Shown one piece after another: positions 58,901-64,000 of a DNA stretch of 64,000 nucleotides. A program made the position numbers and the translations under genes. The stretch covers positions 62,001 to 126,000 of the forward strand of contig QPMI01000015.1 of the NCBI GenBank assembly GCA_004431415.1, given 5' to 3'. The stretch is from Cyanophora paradoxa CCMP329. Taxonomy: Eukaryota; Plantae; Glaucophyta. Every line of letters starts with the position of its first letter. Within the stretch, counting starts at the first letter, position 1. The notes under the pieces were generated by a model. It searched no databases and had not been told where the DNA came from. It was given only the letters and a program-made list of their open reading frames with translations.

Positions 58901-61900
58901 CCGCCCCCGCCTTCGCCCGAGGAGGAGGAGGCGCCGGCGGGCCCCGGGGCCCCCGCGCCGCTGGAGGCGGCCAGCGAGGCGGCGCTGCGGGGCCGGCGCC
59001 TGCTGCAGGCCCTCGACGCCCTCGAGAAGCAGGCGCGTGAAGCGTACCCCTCCCCTCGCGAGCGAGCGAGCGAGCGAGCCCTTCCCTCCTTCCGTCGTGT
59101 AGATAGAATCCATCAGACGTTGCTCACGCTGCTCACGCCCGCCTCCACCCTCAGATTAGATTGTTAGAGTGTTAGAGTGTGAGATTAGACGGGGAGAGAT
59201 CGTTCCCCTTGCGCCGCTCGCTCACGCCCGCCCTCTCCGCCCCCGCAGGTGTACAACGCGTGCGAGGGGAGCTTCTTCCTGGCGCCGGCGCCCGCCTCTG
59301 CTGTCCAGTTCTTCCGCTCCAACCGCAAGGTGACAGGGGCCACACATCTTAGGCTTCCGGTAGAGATATAGGCGATAAGAGTGATGAGGCGATAAGAGCT
59401 CTAGCATACAAGCATAGGAGCTCTAGGAGCTCTAGGCAAAGGACACCCAGTGCTAGGTAAAGGTAAGGGTGATAAGGCGATAAGAGCTTCCGCTCCAACC
59501 GTAAGGTGATAGGAGCTACACATATCTCCTTTTATGTTTGTTACTATTGGACCTTCACGATGACATCTTTTGATCTTCGTTTAAATTTGATCTGCCGCTC
59601 TGATTAGGCTTCCGGCTAGCTTGGAGAGCGCTTGGCCCATGAGCTCAAACCTTGCAATGTCCAGCTCTACATTCGAAGTCTAGCTCTCGCGTCCAGCCTA
59701 CGTCTTGCGCTCTAGACCTGTTTCTTCTCTTCTGACTCTCGCCTGCCCCCCTCAGGTCTGCGACGACTGGTTCGCGCGGATGCGCCCGCACGCGCTGGCG
59801 GCCGCGGCGTCCGCCGGCGCCCACGCGCACGCGGCGCGGCACGGCGCCCTCCGCGCCGCCGCCGCCCTAGCCTCCCTGCGCCGCTCGGCCTCGGCCGACC
59901 CCGCCGCCTCCTCGCGGGCCCTGCTCGAGGTCGAGGCCGTCCTTCTCCAGGCGCGCCCTTTACATCTCTCCAAAGCCTCTCTTCTCTTCTCCCTTCTCTC
60001 TTCTCAACGCGAGCGCAGCTGGGCCCCGCGCTGGTCGCCCTCAGGGAACCCGACGCCCTCCGGGGCCTCGCGGCGGCCCTCTCGGCGGCTTCGGCGGCCT
60101 CGTCGGCTTCCTCCTCCTCTTCTTCGACCCCTTCTGCGGAGGCGCTGGAGGCGGTGCTGCGGGGCATGGCGATGCAGGCGGACGCGCGCCACGAGGACGC
60201 CGCGGGGGCCTTTTTAGAGTGCGCTCATTTGATCCTTGTTATCCTTCCTATATTATCCTTCCCCCTCTATCTTCTATCTTTCTTTATCGTGTTCTTCTAG
60301 TGAGCCCTTGCTCTCGCTCTCTAGTGACGCCGCGGGGGCCTTTTTAGAGTGCGCTCATTTGATCCTTGTTATCCTTCCTGTATTATCCTTCTTCTTCTAT
60401 CTTCTATCTTTCTTTATCGTATCTTTCGATCTAATCTTAGCGGCCGCGGGGGCATTCCTCGAGTGAACCTTCGCTCTCATCCTCCTTATCTCTATCTGCT
60501 GTTCTCTCTATCTTCTCCCTTCTATCCTCTACTCACTCTCCGCAGGATCGTCGCCTCGGCCGCGGGCCCCGGATCCGCCTCCGACCCCGCCTCCGCCTCT
60601 GGCCCCGGTGCGGGCGCGGGCGCGGGGACGGTGCGGGCGGCGGTGGACGGCCTCACGGAGTGCTACCTCGCCCTCGCCGACTGGGAGTCCATGGACCAGG
60701 CGCGGCCCCTCCCAAGCTCTGCCTAGCTCCGCCTTGTGTTCCGCCTAGCTTCGCCAGCTTAGATCCGCTCAGAATTACGACCAGGCGCGGTCAGCCCCCC
60801 AGCTCAAACTCGCTTAGTCCTCTAGTTGGCTCTCAGCCTAAATTCACTCCGCCACCAGGCGCGGCCCCTCCCAAGCTCTGCCTAGCTCCGCCTAGCTCTG
60901 CCAGCTTAGATCCGCTTTGAGCTTCGATCCGCTTCCCCTCCCGCTCAGCCAGAGTTGGCTTCCAGCTTAGATTCGTTCAGCCTCCAGCCCTCCGGCTCCC
61001 TCGCTCACTCTCTCTGCCTTCCGCAGGCGCTGGCGGCCCTCTCGCAGTGGCGCGCGGACCACGAGCGGCGCGGGACGCCCCTACGCTCCGCCCTGCAGGT
61101 CCGCATGCGCGCGCCGAAACTTCGTGAAACTTCAGCGTGAAACTGACAGTTTCCCTCGCCCTCGACAGTCGGTGGACTTCAGCGGGATCCGCGCCCTCTC
61201 GCGCTTCGACTACGGGGACCTCCCGGGGGCCCTCTCGTACCTCTCGGGCCCCGCGGGGGGGCCGGGGGCCCCCGCCCGCCCCGCCGCCCCCGCGCCCCGC
61301 GCCGAGCGGCTCCTCCTTCGGTCCCTCGCGGCCCCCGCCGGCCCCGAGCGGGCCCGGCTGCTGGAGGAGGCCCGCGGCGTGCTGCGCGCCGCCCTCGCCG
61401 CCGCCGCCGCCGACTGCCCCCGCGAGGCGCCCCCGCTCCTCGTCCAGCTCCACTGCGCCGCCGCCGCCTCCGCCGCCTCCGCCGCCGCGCAGGGCCCCGC
61501 CGCCGGCTCCGCCGGCCACTCCTCCGCCCCTTCCGCCTCCGTACCCGGCGGCTCGTCCCCCGTCGAGGAGCTCCTGGCGGGAGGGGTACTGGACGCCGGC
61601 CTCGGGAACGCCCTCCTGCGGGCCGCCGCCTCCTCCACGGCGCCCACGCCGAGCCGCTGAGGGCGGACGCCCTCGCGGCCGCCCGCGCCGCCCGCAAGGC
61701 CGGCAACGCTCGCCTCGCGGCCCGCCTCCTCGCCGGCCCCGCCGCCGGCTCGCTGGCCGCAGCGTACGAGTCGGCGCTGGGCGCCCGCGGGGCCGACCCG
61801 CTCGACGCCGCCCGGCGCTTGGCGAGGGCGCTGAGGCCGTACGCGACGGGCCGCCCCCGCTGGACGCGGAGGAGGGCCGCGTGGCCGCCAAGTGCGCCGC

Positions 61901-64000
61901 CAAGCTCGCGCTCTGGGCGGCCGAGGACCCCTCGGGGGCCGTCCTCGCCGCGGCGCGACCGACGGCGTCGGCGCTGCGCGGCGGCTCGGCAGCCACGGCC
62001 GAGGCGTACGCGTGGCAGCAGCTGGAGGCGGGGACGCGGCTGGCGCCCGAGTGGCCTGGGGCCTGGCACCGCCTCGCGGCCTGGGCGGACCGCTGCGCGG
62101 CGGGGGCGCTCGAGGGCTCCGCCCCGGCGCTGGCCCCCGACGAGGAATCTCGGCTCGCGGCGCTGCTGGCGGAGGCGGGGCCGAGCACCCGCCGCCGGCC
62201 GCCGCCCTCCTCGCCCTGGGCGAGCTGGGCGAGCCGGCGGGGGACGAGGCGGCGGTCCGGCGGGCCCTCCGTGGGCCCCGGCGCCCCTCGCCGCCGGCCT
62301 CGCCGCCCTCCGCTCCGACCTGCGCGCCCGCCTCGCCGCCCCGCTCCGCGCCGCCGTCGCCGCCCACGCCCGCTTCCTCTCGCTCCCGGCGGGGGCGCCC
62401 CCTCGGCCCCGCCCCGCCGCACCGCCGCCGCCCTGCGGCTGCTCCGCGCCCTCGCGGCGTACGCCCCGCTGGACGCGGGCACACGCGAGGCCCTGGCCGC
62501 GGCGCTACCGGCCGTCCCCGCCGCCGCCTGGCTCCCCGTCCTCCCGCAGCTCTTCTCCGCCGCGGGCCACCGCGACCCCTTCGTCCGCGACCAGGTACCC
62601 CCCCGCTTCTCTCCTTTCTTTCTTAAGCTTACGGCTTAAGCTTGTTAAGCTTTCTTAAGCTTCTCTCCTTTCTTTCTTCATCTTTCTCACTTCCCTCCCG
62701 CCAGGTCCGGGCGCTGCTGCGGAGCGTGGCGGGGGCGGCCCCCGGAGCGGCCCTCTTCCCCGCCCTCGTCGCCGCCCGCCCCCCGGCCCCCTCCTCGGAC
62801 CCCTCGGAGGACTCCGCCGCGGACTCGACGGCACTGGCCGCCTCGGCCGCCGCCTCTGAGGTGCGCGCCTCCAGGCCGCAGGCTGCAGGCTGCGGGCTCG
62901 TGGGCGGGCTGCAGGCGCCTTCGGTTCTAGGCGCAAGCGAGAGAATATAAGCCCGCCTAGCTTTCACTCCGAGCTTTCACTCCTAGCCTTTCCTAGAGAT
63001 TCTCGCGCTCCTTCTTCTCATTTCTCACCGCCTTCGTCCCTCCCGGCAGGTGGTGGAGCAGCTGCGGCGGGAGGCGCCGCGGCTGGCCTCGGAGGGCGCG
63101 GCGCTGGTGGCCGAGGCGCAGCGGCTCGCCGTCCTGTGGGACGAGGCCTGGCTCCAGGCCCTCTCCGAGGCGAGTCAAATAACTAGGCTAGCAGAACTAG
63201 GCTAAGGACCGAAGACCCGACCGGATTGGATTAGAGGGACGCGATAAGAATCTAAAATCTAGAATCTAGCCTCCACGCCCTCTCCGAGGCCTGGCTCCAG
63301 GCCCTCTCCGAGGCAAGCGAGGGACCCGAGAAGCTTGAGAACTAGGCTTAAGAGCTTAAGCTCAAGAACCTTAGCAAAACGAATCTTAGCAGATGTGGGC
63401 TGCGAATCTAGCAGCCCTCCTCTTCCTCCTCCTAACTCCGAACCCAAGAGGCTGCTAGCAGAGCTCAGACCTCATACCTCCTCCTTCTAACTCCTAACCC
63501 AAGCAGAACTAGGCTAATCATCCAGCAGCCTTTTTTCCCCCTGGATCTCTAATAATAATAAAGAGGATCCCTACCCCTCCCTCCTCTTCCTCCTCCGCGG
63601 CTGACGGGGCGCGAGCAGGTGCAGGCGGAGGTGGCGCCGCGGGTGCGCACTATCGCCGACGAGGCCGCCCGCCTCCAGGTGCCCCCCCGCCCCGCCCCGC
63701 CCCGCCCGGCTTCCCGGACGATCGTAGAAGACGTGAAGCCGAAGACGAAGTCCCCCGAAGAGCGTAGAAGATACATAAGGCCTCCCCGCCTCCTCCCCGC
63801 CCCGCCCGCGTTCCCGCTTAGAGCCCCGCCCGCGCCCGCCCGCCCGCCCCTTTCTGAGCGGCGGCAGGCCAACACGGCCCTCTCGGAGGCGGACAAGCGG
63901 CGGCTCCTGGCGGCCAAGTACGAGGCCGTCATGCGGCCCGCCCTCGCCCCCCTCGAGCGCGCCGTGGCCGCCACCTTCGGGGCGCGCGGGGCGGGCGCCC
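55939..64000 (+). CDS. SMG1: SMG1 PI3K-related kinase (NMD), 5' part; multi-exon; continues past the window
   Basis: Spliced motifs LLQALDALEKQ|VYNACEG, FFRSNRK|VCDDWFARMR, WLPVLPQLFS..H.D.FVR.QV and LVAEAQRLAVLWDEAW match SMG1 N-terminal/FAT signatures; some frame breaks in extreme-GC exons. Confidence 0.88.

Noticed and set aside
40000-64000. Many long overlapping Arg/Pro/Ala/Gly-rich ORFs (e.g. 51522-53957, 55618-57444, 43886-44842, 60977-62482)
   Set aside because: Shadow ORFs from stop-codon scarcity at very high GC; the real coding is spliced and accounted for by the listed genes.

Overview
Eukaryotic, very GC-rich, short-intron host DNA interrupted by a complete, AT-richer 22,609-bp Polinton/Maverick-like element at 13866-36474. 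The host is probably a plastid-bearing protist: a SufE-BolA gene with a Phe-2 transit peptide and F-box-like gene duplicates are reminiscent of the glaucophyte Cyanophora (inference only). The element has a perfect 6-bp target-site duplication (GACGCT) and 1061-bp terminal inverted repeats (TIRs; one mismatch seen). It encodes a protein-primed PolB with degenerate exonuclease motifs, an rve integrase, a Prim-Pol/D5 helicase lacking its Walker A/B segment, a patatin-discoidin fusion, a ~2450-aa HxH-repeat fibre-like protein (frameshifted), two paralogous ~280-aa proteins, a zinc-ribbon protein and a prokaryotic-type SAM decarboxylase. I recognise no major capsid, packaging ATPase or maturation protease. 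Each TIR is itself structured: a 293-bp end unit bounded by its own 28-bp inverted repeats, a CRISPR-like-spaced array of a 28-bp repeat, and GTGTAACAG iterons that recur as three ~91-bp hairpins inside the element. Host features: a large secreted Ig-like-repeat gene, two MITEs and a possible LTR/gag fragment on the left; a membrane protein, an F-box/FG-repeat/ankyrin locus, two F-box/LRR-like paralogues, orphan copies of the SufE transit-peptide sequence, SufE-BolA, a START-domain gene and the 5' part of SMG1 on the right. All calls are by eye from motifs; no database searches were run.
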